From an uncultured bacterium (GTDB lineage Bacteria > AUK180): DNA of 64,000 bases. The stretch covers positions 1 through 64,000 of the forward strand of contig CALMGJ010000011.1 in assembly GCA_937863565.1 (NCBI GenBank), read 5' to 3'. The position numbers and the translations under genes are program-made. This document shows, piece after piece, positions 29,161 through 38,096 of the stretch (position 1 is the first letter of the stretch; every line of letters starts with the position of its first letter). Below the pieces are notes generated by a model. It was not told the DNA's origin, did no database searches, and was given only the letters and a program-made list of their open reading frames with translations.

Positions 29161-29557
29161 CTTTGATCTTCTCCTCTATGATCTTTTTGGCCGCCTCATA
29201 CTTTTCCGGAGGGCAGATCACGTAAATGCCTCTCGTTCTTTCAAGGTAATTTTTCTTAGCGAACGGGCTCAGAAAGAAACCGTTCGGGTCAAAATAGACC
29301 TTCTTGTAATCCGCCCAGCTTTTCACCACCTTGACCCAGAGCCGTTTTATCCTTATACCTTCATCGTCCAGGCGGTAGTGCGTGGGGAACCAGTATGCCG
29401 CAAAATTGAAAAGCATTATTATCACATAAAGAATGAGAAAAAGGCCCGCCTTGAAAATGACCGGAACGAAGTACCCGATCACGGTAAGCGTCGCTATCAG
29501 AAGAACGCTCCGCACCGGTTTTTCAGTAAGAGGATGTGTTTTCCACTCTATTTCCAT
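29153..29557 (-). CDS. Hypothetical 2-TM membrane protein
   Basis: Two TM helices followed by a soluble domain (THYRLDDEGI). First gene of a long operon. Confidence 0.7.
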   Translation of the reverse strand: MEIEWKTHPLTEKPVRSVLLIATLTVIGYFVPVIFKAGLFLILYVIIMLFNFAAYWFPTHYRLDDEGIRIKRLWVKVVKSWADYKKVYFDPNGFFLSPFAKKNYLERTRGIYVICPPEKYEAAKKIIEEKIKGD

Positions 29558-29562
29558 AGTTT

Positions 29563-29597
29563 ATTGTATATTTTACCAAATTTTCCTAATAAGTCAA
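29563..29597 (-). promoter_or_regulatory. putative sigma70 promoter for the long 29.5-kb operon
   Basis: TTGACT (29592-29597) with TAAAAT (29570-29575, 16-nt spacer). TACAAT also lies 5 nt before the ATG. Confidence 0.5.
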
Positions 29598-29660
29598 TGG
29601 TGATATGCACAAAAATGGCCGGCGGACCTCAATATTGCCGTTTTTCCGGTACGGATAGGA

Positions 29661-30665
29661 TCACCTGTAGTATTCTCCGACAATAACGGACAACGCCCTC
29701 TCCCCGTATTCGCTAAAATGAAAATTCTCCCTGTCGTATATGTCCTCTCTGCGCGGGTCTTTCGCGAACCTGCCGTAAAGATCAAGAACGGGGATGTTCC
29801 CGGAAGCAAGATATTCTTCTGCCCAGATCCGGTAAAGGGCGAACATTTCAGCATATTTTCTCTGTTCGTCAAAGAGAGTATGTTCAGCTATCTCCGCGAC
29901 CGTCGGAATAAGGAAGATCCTGAACGGAATACATGTGCCTTTAAGTTCATTTACTATGTACTCCATCTGGCTTTCTACGGCAGTTCGATCTATCTTTTCC
30001 GAAAAGGACATATTTTGTATCTGTATATTCCGGATATCTTTCAGGACCTTTTTATATTCGGAAAAATATTTGACCAGGAAGTAGAGCGCGGTATATCCCA
30101 ATAACGGGGCGTGTTGGCGATCTTGCTTCAGGTCGAAGTTCCCGTCAAGATACGGCCCGGTCAACGGGTTCATATTATCGATAAGGTCATTGCCTATATA
30201 TATAAAAAGCAATATCTCGCCTATCTCGTTCGCATGTTCAAGGATGATCCCTTTTAAATATTCGATCTGTTGAATATTCGAAGAACCGGCAATGCCGGCA
30301 TTAATGAAATTATACGCACTCTGCCGGGCGTTCAGCATTCTCTCAAAAAGAAGTTCGTCCGAAAGAAGATTATCCACGAACGAATCTCCAAGGATGAGGA
30401 TGTTCTTTTTATCTTGTTTAAAGATACAGTTACCGCGAAATCCCGCTTTATTATAAGAATAAATGTGGGGCTTTCCGTTCTTTTTGAATCTTAGCGCATA
30501 TCCCGGGTTCGGGACCAGCATTTTACTATTGCTGTACCTCGGTATATAGCCGTGCTTTCCGGATTTTATTCCGGAAAATCCGAGCGCTAAGGCGGAAAGT
30601 ATTTCTATTGCAACAAGGATACAAAGAAAAATGACAGTGGTCTTTATGAGAACTTTGATTTTCAG
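29661..30665 (-). CDS. SGNH/GDSL-like (AlgX/AlgJ-type) membrane-anchored protein
   Basis: N-terminal TM helix, ILGDSF, INAGIAG, YIGND and NFHFS motifs. The start is a probable CTG at 30665, or ATG at 30698. Confidence 0.75.
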   Translation of the reverse strand: MKIKVLIKTTVIFLCILVAIEILSALALGFSGIKSGKHGYIPRYSNSKMLVPNPGYALRFKKNGKPHIYSYNKAGFRGNCIFKQDKKNILILGDSFVDNLLSDELLFERMLNARQSAYNFINAGIAGSSNIQQIEYLKGIILEHANEIGEILLFIYIGNDLIDNMNPLTGPYLDGNFDLKQDRQHAPLLGYTALYFLVKYFSEYKKVLKDIRNIQIQNMSFSEKIDRTAVESQMEYIVNELKGTCIPFRIFLIPTVAEIAEHTLFDEQRKYAEMFALYRIWAEEYLASGNIPVLDLYGRFAKDPRREDIYDRENFHFSEYGERALSVIVGEYYR

Positions 30666-31798
30666 GGATTTCCTCCGTCGAGTTTGAGCATGCGGCAAAG
30701 AAAACCCGCGACGACCTTATTACCCTCGGGATCCAGATGCCGGTCGATATCATAGTATAATGCTTGTCCGGTTGCAAGATACGCTTCTCTCATCGGCTCC
30801 AAAAGATCGATACATGGCAGATCCGCATCCTTGAAGGCGCGCATTACGCCGCTCAGGATGATCCTGCCGCAGTCTTCAGTGGCCGCTTCATCGGTGCCCG
30901 TGTTTTTCAGAAATGTTAAGAACTCCGCATCGGGGCCTTCCACCTGTGTTTTTGTGGGAAGAAGGATAACGGAAATCGGCACTCCTGATTTTTTTTCATA
31001 TTCCTTGAGTTTTCGGGCGATATATCCGATCTTCCGGAAGACCTCTTCAGTTCCGGCAGTAGTTTTATCTAAAAACCATTCTATCTGCCTCATCTCCTGA
31101 ATGAGCATCTTATCTCCAAGAACATGTTTCAGATGTTTTCTTCCGTACAGGAAAGAGTATAGATATGAATATTTTGCTATTTCGGGAAAGGGTTTCCGTA
31201 AGTTCCGGTCTATAGAAAAATCCGGAGCCGTCCCCTTGATCCCCGGGCCGAAAGGCTGCTCCAGATCGTAAAGGTCATTTCCCATATATACCGCGACGAT
31301 CACCATATCGGGGCTGTATTTTACAAGTTCTTCCGTCAGATACAGGTATTCCTGAACGAAAGACCAGCCGCCTACGCCGGCGTTTATCACATTGTAATTA
31401 GTGCCCTCCTTTTCGGAAAGGCAGGCCTCCAGAAGATTCGGGAAAGATTCAATATTATTGCAGGCACCCTGTGTATGCGAGTCGCCAAGAACGAATATCC
31501 TGTATTCCCCTTCTTCTTTTTTTACCGGAATATCCTTATCTTCGCTGAACCCCTGTTCATTTATATGGATAAAATAAGTGCCGGCGGGGTGTTCTTCATA
31601 GCGCACTTTCAGCCGGAGTCCCGGATTAAGCTTAAGCCCGTATTTATTGTCGTTCACGCTGTAGTTCAATCCGAATCTCCCCGCCTTGATATCCGAAGAC
31701 AAAAGAACAAATAACCGAACGGAAAATTCTCCGAGCGCAATAAGAATCGCCGCGGCAAGGATCATGAAAAGCACTAACCTGGAAAGTGTTCTCGCCAT
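30662..31798 (-). CDS. SGNH/GDSL-like (AlgX/AlgJ-type) membrane-anchored protein
   Basis: VLGDSHT, INAGVGG, YMGND and DRHLD.EG motifs. Confidence 0.82.
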   Translation of the reverse strand: MARTLSRLVLFMILAAAILIALGEFSVRLFVLLSSDIKAGRFGLNYSVNDNKYGLKLNPGLRLKVRYEEHPAGTYFIHINEQGFSEDKDIPVKKEEGEYRIFVLGDSHTQGACNNIESFPNLLEACLSEKEGTNYNVINAGVGGWSFVQEYLYLTEELVKYSPDMVIVAVYMGNDLYDLEQPFGPGIKGTAPDFSIDRNLRKPFPEIAKYSYLYSFLYGRKHLKHVLGDKMLIQEMRQIEWFLDKTTAGTEEVFRKIGYIARKLKEYEKKSGVPISVILLPTKTQVEGPDAEFLTFLKNTGTDEAATEDCGRIILSGVMRAFKDADLPCIDLLEPMREAYLATGQALYYDIDRHLDPEGNKVVAGFLCRMLKLDGGNP

Positions 31799-31802
31799 AA
31801 CA

Positions 31803-33662
31803 TCATTCCCCGCCGTTGTTGCCGGAGATCATTTTCAGACGGTGGTCGGTATTCCCGAGCTTGAACGGTTTCAAAGCCGGGTTTGTAAGTATAAGAAAAA
31901 GCGTGTTCCCTGGCGGGGTGTCAAGTTCAAGAGATATTTTCACTCGGCCATTCCTGTCAAGCATATTCTTGGATATCAGCTTGTGTGTTTGAAAAAGAGC
32001 GCTGCCTTCCCCTGCGTGGAGAAAGGCGAGGATGGGAATATATTTTTTAAACCGGATGAAAGCATCTACTTTACAAATCTTATTTTCGGAAACTGAATAC
32101 CCTTCAAAAATAAAATTCTTGAATCTTTTTACTGTCTTTACTTCCGGTTCTTCGGATACGGTCGTCTTAAAATCACCGACCCTGTACTTGCTGACGAAGA
32201 CCGGGGCTCGCCCGAAATAGACCGGAAGAGGGTATTTCCTTTTTAAGAAAAAGAGCGAGCCGTTACTGAACACATCCACGGGGCCGGAATTGCATTGTGC
32301 CGTTTTTTCGAGTGTAATGTTCCTATTCGAGTAAAAATATTCTTCAAGATCAAGATTAGAAAGAAGGACATTCCCCTCTTCAAGATTATCAAATACCGCT
32401 TCAGAATATCCCTCGCACACGAGGGAACGCCATTCGTTCCATTTCCGCGGCAAGGGCGTGAATTCCATCTTCCTTGCATAATATCTCAGCGTGCCGTTCG
32501 AAACGGTCTTGGGGTTCTCACAAGACCCGAGCATTCTTTTGCTTAAAACGGCCTCGGTGGATGCGTGATCATAAATCCCGTAGAGAAAGAGCACGGAAAA
32601 GAATATCATGAACGCATAAAGAGGGATCGGGGTTTTCCCGGTCTTTTTTCCGCCTATGATTACAAGAGGAAGGAGGATGACGAAATTACGGGGTGTCGGT
32701 TGGGGGTAGATCAGGGCAATAACAAGGAAAATACCCGCAGTATAGAAAGCCATTCTCTTTTCCGTATTTTTTAGTATAAGGAACGATCCTATGAGCGCAG
32801 TAATAGTCCCTGCCACGGTATAGATTGACGGACCTGCAATCGCGGCGATCACTGTTGCGATAACCAGTACTGTTAGGATCCGCCTTCCGCTTTTTTCATA
32901 AAGGAGGGCAACAGGCAGAAGCAGAAAACCGAGGGCAACGGCGGCATAGAAGAGCTTTTCGAGCAAGAATAATTTGGGAAGATGAATCCCCGGCGGGGTC
33001 CATTGCAGAAGGTCGAGGAAGATAAATCTACCCGTAATGAAATAAACTATGAGCAAATAACACAAGATCATAATCGGCGGAAGAAGAAATACGGATTCAA
33101 ACTTCTTTTCTTTTAGATAGATCTCGATCAAGGGAATAAGGCAGAAAAGAGCGGCGCTATAGGAAGTGAAAGCGGCAAGAGCCATAAAGAATACTGAGAG
33201 ATATTTATATACGGTTCTTTCATATTTAAGATATAGATGCAGGAATGCAAGCGCGGCGGCCGTGAACATGAAAGTGAAATGGTCGTTCATGTAAGAATTA
33301 ACGAGCACAATGACCGCGGGGGAGAGAAAAACGGCGAAAGTCAGCGGGGCTTCCCCGTAAGTTCTCAGAACAAGAGCGAAAGTTAAAAGATAGAGAACGA
33401 GTGAAAAAAGGTAGAATATCCTGAAATCTCTGAAAGGCTTAAATAGGGTTATCAGAAGGCCGGTCAAAGGGGGGTGTGTATCCATATATGTCTGGGACGG
33501 CGAGCCGAGATATGCCGCAATACCATCCTCAAAGAAAACCCGGCTTTTAATTCCGAGAGCGACCTCGATATTTTTCGCACTATCCAGAATGGGCGGGGTA
33601 TTTAGAAAGATCAGTATAAGGAAAGCCAGAATAATTATTTTTACGACCTCTTGTCTGCGCAT
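31803..33662 (-). CDS. Polytopic membrane protein, probable GT-C (PMT/ArnT-like) glycosyltransferase
   Basis: Many TM helices, a THPPL motif in the first loop, and a C-terminal soluble domain. Confidence 0.6.
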   Translation of the reverse strand: MRRQEVVKIIILAFLILIFLNTPPILDSAKNIEVALGIKSRVFFEDGIAAYLGSPSQTYMDTHPPLTGLLITLFKPFRDFRIFYLFSLVLYLLTFALVLRTYGEAPLTFAVFLSPAVIVLVNSYMNDHFTFMFTAAALAFLHLYLKYERTVYKYLSVFFMALAAFTSYSAALFCLIPLIEIYLKEKKFESVFLLPPIMILCYLLIVYFITGRFIFLDLLQWTPPGIHLPKLFLLEKLFYAAVALGFLLLPVALLYEKSGRRILTVLVIATVIAAIAGPSIYTVAGTITALIGSFLILKNTEKRMAFYTAGIFLVIALIYPQPTPRNFVILLPLVIIGGKKTGKTPIPLYAFMIFFSVLFLYGIYDHASTEAVLSKRMLGSCENPKTVSNGTLRYYARKMEFTPLPRKWNEWRSLVCEGYSEAVFDNLEEGNVLLSNLDLEEYFYSNRNITLEKTAQCNSGPVDVFSNGSLFFLKRKYPLPVYFGRAPVFVSKYRVGDFKTTVSEEPEVKTVKRFKNFIFEGYSVSENKICKVDAFIRFKKYIPILAFLHAGEGSALFQTHKLISKNMLDRNGRVKISLELDTPPGNTLFLILTNPALKPFKLGNTDHRLKMISGNNGGE

Positions 33663-33686
33663 TTTTAGAAAAACCCTTTACCTCAC

Positions 33687-33706
33687 TTTTATGATATATC
33701 ATAAAA
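33687..33706. promoter_or_regulatory. perfect 20-bp palindrome, operator candidate
   Basis: TTTTATGATATATCATAAAA in a divergent intergenic region. Confidence 0.5.
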
Positions 33707-33809
33707 TATACCATAAATCAACTTGAGTTGTACTCGGCAGGGGAGAGGAAAGATTTGACTTTTCATCGGATTTCGGTTATAAACAATCAACCCGGATTAC
33801 GGCTTTTTA

Positions 33810-34892
33810 ATGAATGAAATGGGGAAAAAGATACAGGTATATTCCTTACTGTTCTTCTTAATCATATTGGCCCTGATATTGTATGCTTTAATTCTCGACT
33901 TCTCTGCCGGGAGATCGGCGGGGACTTCTTCTGACCTCGATATCAAAAGATCGGGTGTTGAACTGCCTGCAGATGACAGCCCCCATCCCGGTTCAGGGAG
34001 CGAGTGGTGGTTTTTTGTTGGTCATCTGCGGGATGAAAACGGAAATGAGTACGGGTACCAGCTTGTTTTCAGGATACGGCAAGGTATTTATGAGCCGTTC
34101 AAAGGTATCCGTTTTTATAAGTACTGTGAGGCGGATTTTACAGTTACCGATGAAAAGAACCGGCGGTTCTTCGCCGAGACTTCCCGTCTGCCCCCTTTTT
34201 CCTTTTACGGAATAAACCGGAACGGCCTTAAGATCAAAGCAGGAAAGGCGTTGATAGAGGCGTTAGATGAAGGGAAATATTCCATTGTATATAAGGGAAA
34301 GGACTATTCTGTGGCATTCATCCTGATCCCGGAAAAATCCCCGATGATACAAGGTGATAACGGTTGGGTAACCGGGAACGCGGGATGCGGCCTTTTCTAT
34401 ACTTCACAGACCCGTCTCGGAACGTCCGGTACCCTATCCGTGAACAAAGAAAAACTCAGTGTTAACGGGTTCTCGTGGATGGACCATCAGTGGGGAGATT
34501 GCGATATGTCCGATACCCGCTGGAACTGGCTTTGCGTTCAGCTGGACAACGGAGACGATCTCATGGTCTACGAATTATTCCCAGGGGCCAAGATGGCCGA
34601 TCTGTTCCGGAGCGATGGAAGCAGGGAAAGGACTTCGGACCTTTTGCTCGTTCCAAGAACCTCCTGGAAGAGCCCGGCGACGGGGATATCTTATCCTTCC
34701 GGATGGCATCTGGAAATCCCTCCGCTGGAAATATCTTTGGACATAGAACCCGTATTGCCCGATCAGGAAGTAGCCGTGACGCATTCCCTGCGCGACAGCT
34801 ACTGGGAGGGCAAATGCAGGGTTTCCGGCACGATCGGAGGGGAGCCGTCTAACGGCAGGGCCTATGTTGAACTTGTTGGTTACTGCCGGTAG
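33810..34892 (+). CDS. AttH/CrtC-like lipocalin-domain protein
   Basis: EWWFFVGHL, YTSQTRL, WMDHQW, WNWLCVQL, W.SP.TG..YP and YWEG...GRAYVELVGY motifs. Confidence 0.88.
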   Translation: MNEMGKKIQVYSLLFFLIILALILYALILDFSAGRSAGTSSDLDIKRSGVELPADDSPHPGSGSEWWFFVGHLRDENGNEYGYQLVFRIRQGIYEPFKGIRFYKYCEADFTVTDEKNRRFFAETSRLPPFSFYGINRNGLKIKAGKALIEALDEGKYSIVYKGKDYSVAFILIPEKSPMIQGDNGWVTGNAGCGLFYTSQTRLGTSGTLSVNKEKLSVNGFSWMDHQWGDCDMSDTRWNWLCVQLDNGDDLMVYELFPGAKMADLFRSDGSRERTSDLLLVPRTSWKSPATGISYPSGWHLEIPPLEISLDIEPVLPDQEVAVTHSLRDSYWEGKCRVSGTIGGEPSNGRAYVELVGYCR

Positions 34893-34912
34893 AAAAGACC
34901 GTTATGCGGATT

Positions 34913-36043
34913 TTATTCGAGACAGAAGAACTTTCCGGCAAGGGTGCCAAAATAAAGACGCCCCTTATAAATGCAGGGTGTTGCGCTTATAGATTTTAAA
35001 GCATCTCCGGCGGGATAACTTGCCAGCATTTTGCCGTTGCTTAAACGGAATTTATAGGCAATGCCGTCACAGGAGCCGTAGAATACATAACCCCGGGCAA
35101 TGACCGCAGAAGCATAGGCAACATTATTATTCAGGAATTTCCATTCCAATTTTCCCGTTTCGGCATTAAGGCAGTAAAGATAATGATCAAGGCTGCCGAA
35201 AACAACTTTACCTCCGGAAACTGCTGGACAGGCATGGATGGCGCCCTCCGTTGCGTATCGCCATTTGATACGGCCGGTCGCGCGTTCTATCGCAAAGAGT
35301 TCTTTTGAATGAGAGCCGATATATAACGTACCTCGGTCCACGGACGGCATCGAAAGAATAGGTCCGTCCAGATACGTCCTCCAGATCGGGGTTCCGCTGG
35401 AAGCGTCAAGGCAGTAGAGATATCCGTCATTGCTCCCGATGAAAAGATCGTTGCCTGCCAAGGCGGCTGAGGAATACACGGATTTTCCGGTTGAAATTTT
35501 CCAAAGAAGCCCCCCTGTTTTCGCATTTAATGCGTAGATATTCCCATCGGCGCTTCCAAACACGACCGTGCTGCCGAATGCGAGCGGCGCGGAAACGACA
35601 GGGTCGTTCGTAGCATACTTCCACTTCAGGGAACCGTTATCGGTGTTCAGAGCATAAAGACACCCGTCTCCGGAACCGAAATAGACGGTCTCTCTAAAAA
35701 TCGCAGGGGAAGATTCCACTGTCCCTTTCGTAAGGAATTTCCATACCGGTCTTCCCGTATCCGCGTCGATGCAGTAAAAATACCGGTCATTGGAACCCCC
35801 GTACATTTTACCTTCGTGGATTGCTGGAGTGCACACGATATCGCCGCCGGTTTGAAATATCCATTTCGGACGCATATGTTTTACCGGCGCTGTATCGCAT
35901 GCGCCAGTCCTTTGCAGATTCGCGTGATAACAGGGATGATATTTCCCGTCGCAGGAAAGGCATAATGATCCTATAAACAGGAACAGAATAATTGTTTTTA
36001 TTTTGTTGAACCGGACTTTCCGGCACACATTTTTCGGACTCAT
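34913..36043 (-). CDS. PQQ-like (BamB-type) beta-propeller repeat protein, probable lipoprotein
   Basis: About 8 repeats of YFGS.DG.LY.L...TG...W and a lipobox-like LSC. The start is approximate. Confidence 0.85.
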   Translation of the reverse strand: MSPKNVCRKVRFNKIKTIILFLFIGSLCLSCDGKYHPCYHANLQRTGACDTAPVKHMRPKWIFQTGGDIVCTPAIHEGKMYGGSNDRYFYCIDADTGRPVWKFLTKGTVESSPAIFRETVYFGSGDGCLYALNTDNGSLKWKYATNDPVVSAPLAFGSTVVFGSADGNIYALNAKTGGLLWKISTGKSVYSSAALAGNDLFIGSNDGYLYCLDASSGTPIWRTYLDGPILSMPSVDRGTLYIGSHSKELFAIERATGRIKWRYATEGAIHACPAVSGGKVVFGSLDHYLYCLNAETGKLEWKFLNNNVAYASAVIARGYVFYGSCDGIAYKFRLSNGKMLASYPAGDALKSISATPCIYKGRLYFGTLAGKFFCLE

Positions 36044-36141
36044 GAGTGATTTTAACAATAATTCCCGTAAAATGCAAACCGGAAAGCATGTCGTGTATTT
36101 TTGCCGGCATGAATACCAGTTTTTCTACAGCCGCTTCCTGA

Positions 36142-36170
36142 TTGACTTGATATCTTCTATCTGATATAAT
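36142..36170 (+). promoter_or_regulatory. sigma70 promoter, leaderless/very short leader
   Basis: TTGACT-17nt-TATAAT with an extended TG, immediately before the ATGs at 36173/36179. Confidence 0.75.
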
Positions 36171-36172
36171 GA

Positions 36173-37036
36173 ATGGAAATGAAAAAAAATATATTGCATG
36201 ATCCGCGGCTTCTTGAAATAGTTCTTTTGAGCGGGATGACCTTTCTCGGAGCTCTTTTTTCTGTTCCGGATAGGTCTCAGCTGTTTTCATTGAATTCTCT
36301 TCTGTCTTTACTGGGAACGATATGCCTTTTTATCCACATTTACCTTTATAATGACTGGGCCGGATACGATAGAGATGAGAAGGATTTTGTTAAAAGGAAC
36401 CGCATCATTTATACGGTAGGACCGCGCATTACTCTCATTATCTCGGCCGTAACCGCCGTTTTGTATTTATTGGCAACCGTTTATCTCGGGATCCCCGTTC
36501 TCGGTATCGTCATGCTTGCATTATCGTTCGCTTATTCGGCAAAGAAGATCAATTTAAAATCCGTTCCCTTCATTCCTTATCTTATTCACTACCTCGCTGC
36601 AAGCGGGCATTTCGCAATGGGATTCTATCCCTTTACTCACAAGGTCATGCCCGTAATAAGGTTCGGCCTTTTTCTGGGAAGCGTTTTTATTGCCGGCGAG
36701 ATCAATCAGGAACTGCGGGATTTCGAAACGGATAAAAATAACAGGGTCTTTACCACCGTTCAACTCTTTCCCAAGAAAGCCGTTTATTTGACCGACAATG
36801 CCCTTTTTCTCTTGTCCGCCGTATTTTTCAGGATGCTGACGGATAAATTCGGCATAGCTCCTTGGATTTTTTATACCTATACGGTTTTGATACTTTTATA
36901 TATTCTTTTCTCTTTATTGTTCACAAGCAAACACGGACTTGAAATGCGTTCGTTCGTTCTTCTGAAGAAAGTATACCATATGATCTTCTGGTGCTTCGGA
37001 TTACTTCTTTTAGCGGAGCGCTATCTTTCTCTCTGA
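36173..37036 (+). CDS. UbiA family prenyltransferase
   Basis: YLYNDWAGYDRD...KRNR, AYS...LK and QELRDFETD motifs, with multiple TM helices. Confidence 0.8.
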   Translation: MEMKKNILHDPRLLEIVLLSGMTFLGALFSVPDRSQLFSLNSLLSLLGTICLFIHIYLYNDWAGYDRDEKDFVKRNRIIYTVGPRITLIISAVTAVLYLLATVYLGIPVLGIVMLALSFAYSAKKINLKSVPFIPYLIHYLAASGHFAMGFYPFTHKVMPVIRFGLFLGSVFIAGEINQELRDFETDKNNRVFTTVQLFPKKAVYLTDNALFLLSAVFFRMLTDKFGIAPWIFYTYTVLILLYILFSLLFTSKHGLEMRSFVLLKKVYHMIFWCFGLLLLAERYLSL

Positions 37037-38022
37037 TCTTTTTCCGTGTTCTCTGCCGTTATATTCATAAATGATCCGATCCTTTCCGCCAGCGCTTTAT
37101 GTCCTTCCGCGTTCAGATGGAAGGTCTTGTCGAACAGCTCTCTTCCGGGAAGGAATTCAATGAATCTGATATTCCTCAAATTCAATTCTTTTGCGATCCC
37201 CTCCATCATACGCTTGAAAAGGTCATGCTCCCCGTTTTGGGAAAAAAAATTCCCCAGAACAATGCATTGAACATCGTATTCGCCTTTCAGGAGGTCCAGC
37301 ACATAACCAAGTCGTGACAATGCTTCTTCCTCGAGCTCGGGTTGCGCAGAAAAGACATTTGCCGTCTCAAGGCCCTGCCTGTCTTCGAACACATGCCTTC
37401 CCGCGGTGATCGTGCGAAGTCCGAGAGGCATGATCGTTGAAAGGACAGCGGACCGGTTCCATAGAGGAGAGAAAGTCGCTTTAGAAGGCAATTGCAGGGA
37501 AAAACCGCCTCCTTCCGGTTTCACTTCCGGATATTTCGGATTCCCATTCACGAGTTCATAAAGATCGTTCCCCGTGAATACAATAAGAAGGATGCGCGAG
37601 CCCGGCGGAATGCCGTATTTCTTTAAAAGAAGATACTGGTGTGCCGGAGAATACGCTTCCTGCCCCATATTGACGAAAAAGTATTCCTTTTGCTTTTCAT
37701 TGAGAAGTTCGCTGCAGAGTTCCGCGTTTCTTGTAGAAAATGAGATCTGGGAATCACCCAAAAGGAACACGTTCTTCCCTGCTCCTTCGTTCTTTTTGTC
37801 GTTCCTGTTCCCGTACTCGCCTGTTGTGATCTCTACTCCGTAATAAAGGTCTCCCCTGTAGTTCTCATTATGCCTCCAGCCAAGTTCTTTGTCGGAGATG
37901 AAGTAACCCCAGCCGGATCGGCCGTGATTCTTCCTCAAGAACCTGAATGCGATATTCAGTGCAGCTTCCAGCGCAAGGAGCGAAACAATCAGGAAAACAA
38001 GGATCTTACAGAACCTTCTCAT
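37021..38022 (-). CDS. SGNH/GDSL-like membrane-anchored protein
   Basis: N-terminal TM helix, LLGDSQ, FTGND and FHLNAEGH motifs. Confidence 0.78.
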   Translation of the reverse strand: MRRFCKILVFLIVSLLALEAALNIAFRFLRKNHGRSGWGYFISDKELGWRHNENYRGDLYYGVEITTGEYGNRNDKKNEGAGKNVFLLGDSQISFSTRNAELCSELLNEKQKEYFFVNMGQEAYSPAHQYLLLKKYGIPPGSRILLIVFTGNDLYELVNGNPKYPEVKPEGGGFSLQLPSKATFSPLWNRSAVLSTIMPLGLRTITAGRHVFEDRQGLETANVFSAQPELEEEALSRLGYVLDLLKGEYDVQCIVLGNFFSQNGEHDLFKRMMEGIAKELNLRNIRFIEFLPGRELFDKTFHLNAEGHKALAERIGSFMNITAENTEKDQRER

Positions 38023-38028
38023 ATTCCG

Positions 38029-38091
38029 ATTCTACATTTTTTTAAGAGAATTATCAAACCATTTGCTTTTTCGCCGCAAATCCAATAGAAT
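38029..38091. promoter_or_regulatory. back-to-back divergent sigma70 promoters
   Basis: Minus strand: TTGATA-17-TAGAAT, 6 nt before ATG 38022. Plus strand: TTGCTT-17-TAGAAT, 5 nt before GTG 38097. Confidence 0.7.
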
Positions 38092-38096
38092 TAACC

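Noticed and set aside
34913-36058. Repetitive sequence as a possible CRISPR or tandem DNA repeat
   Set aside because: The repeats are degenerate protein-level beta-propeller blades, not identical DNA repeats with spacers.
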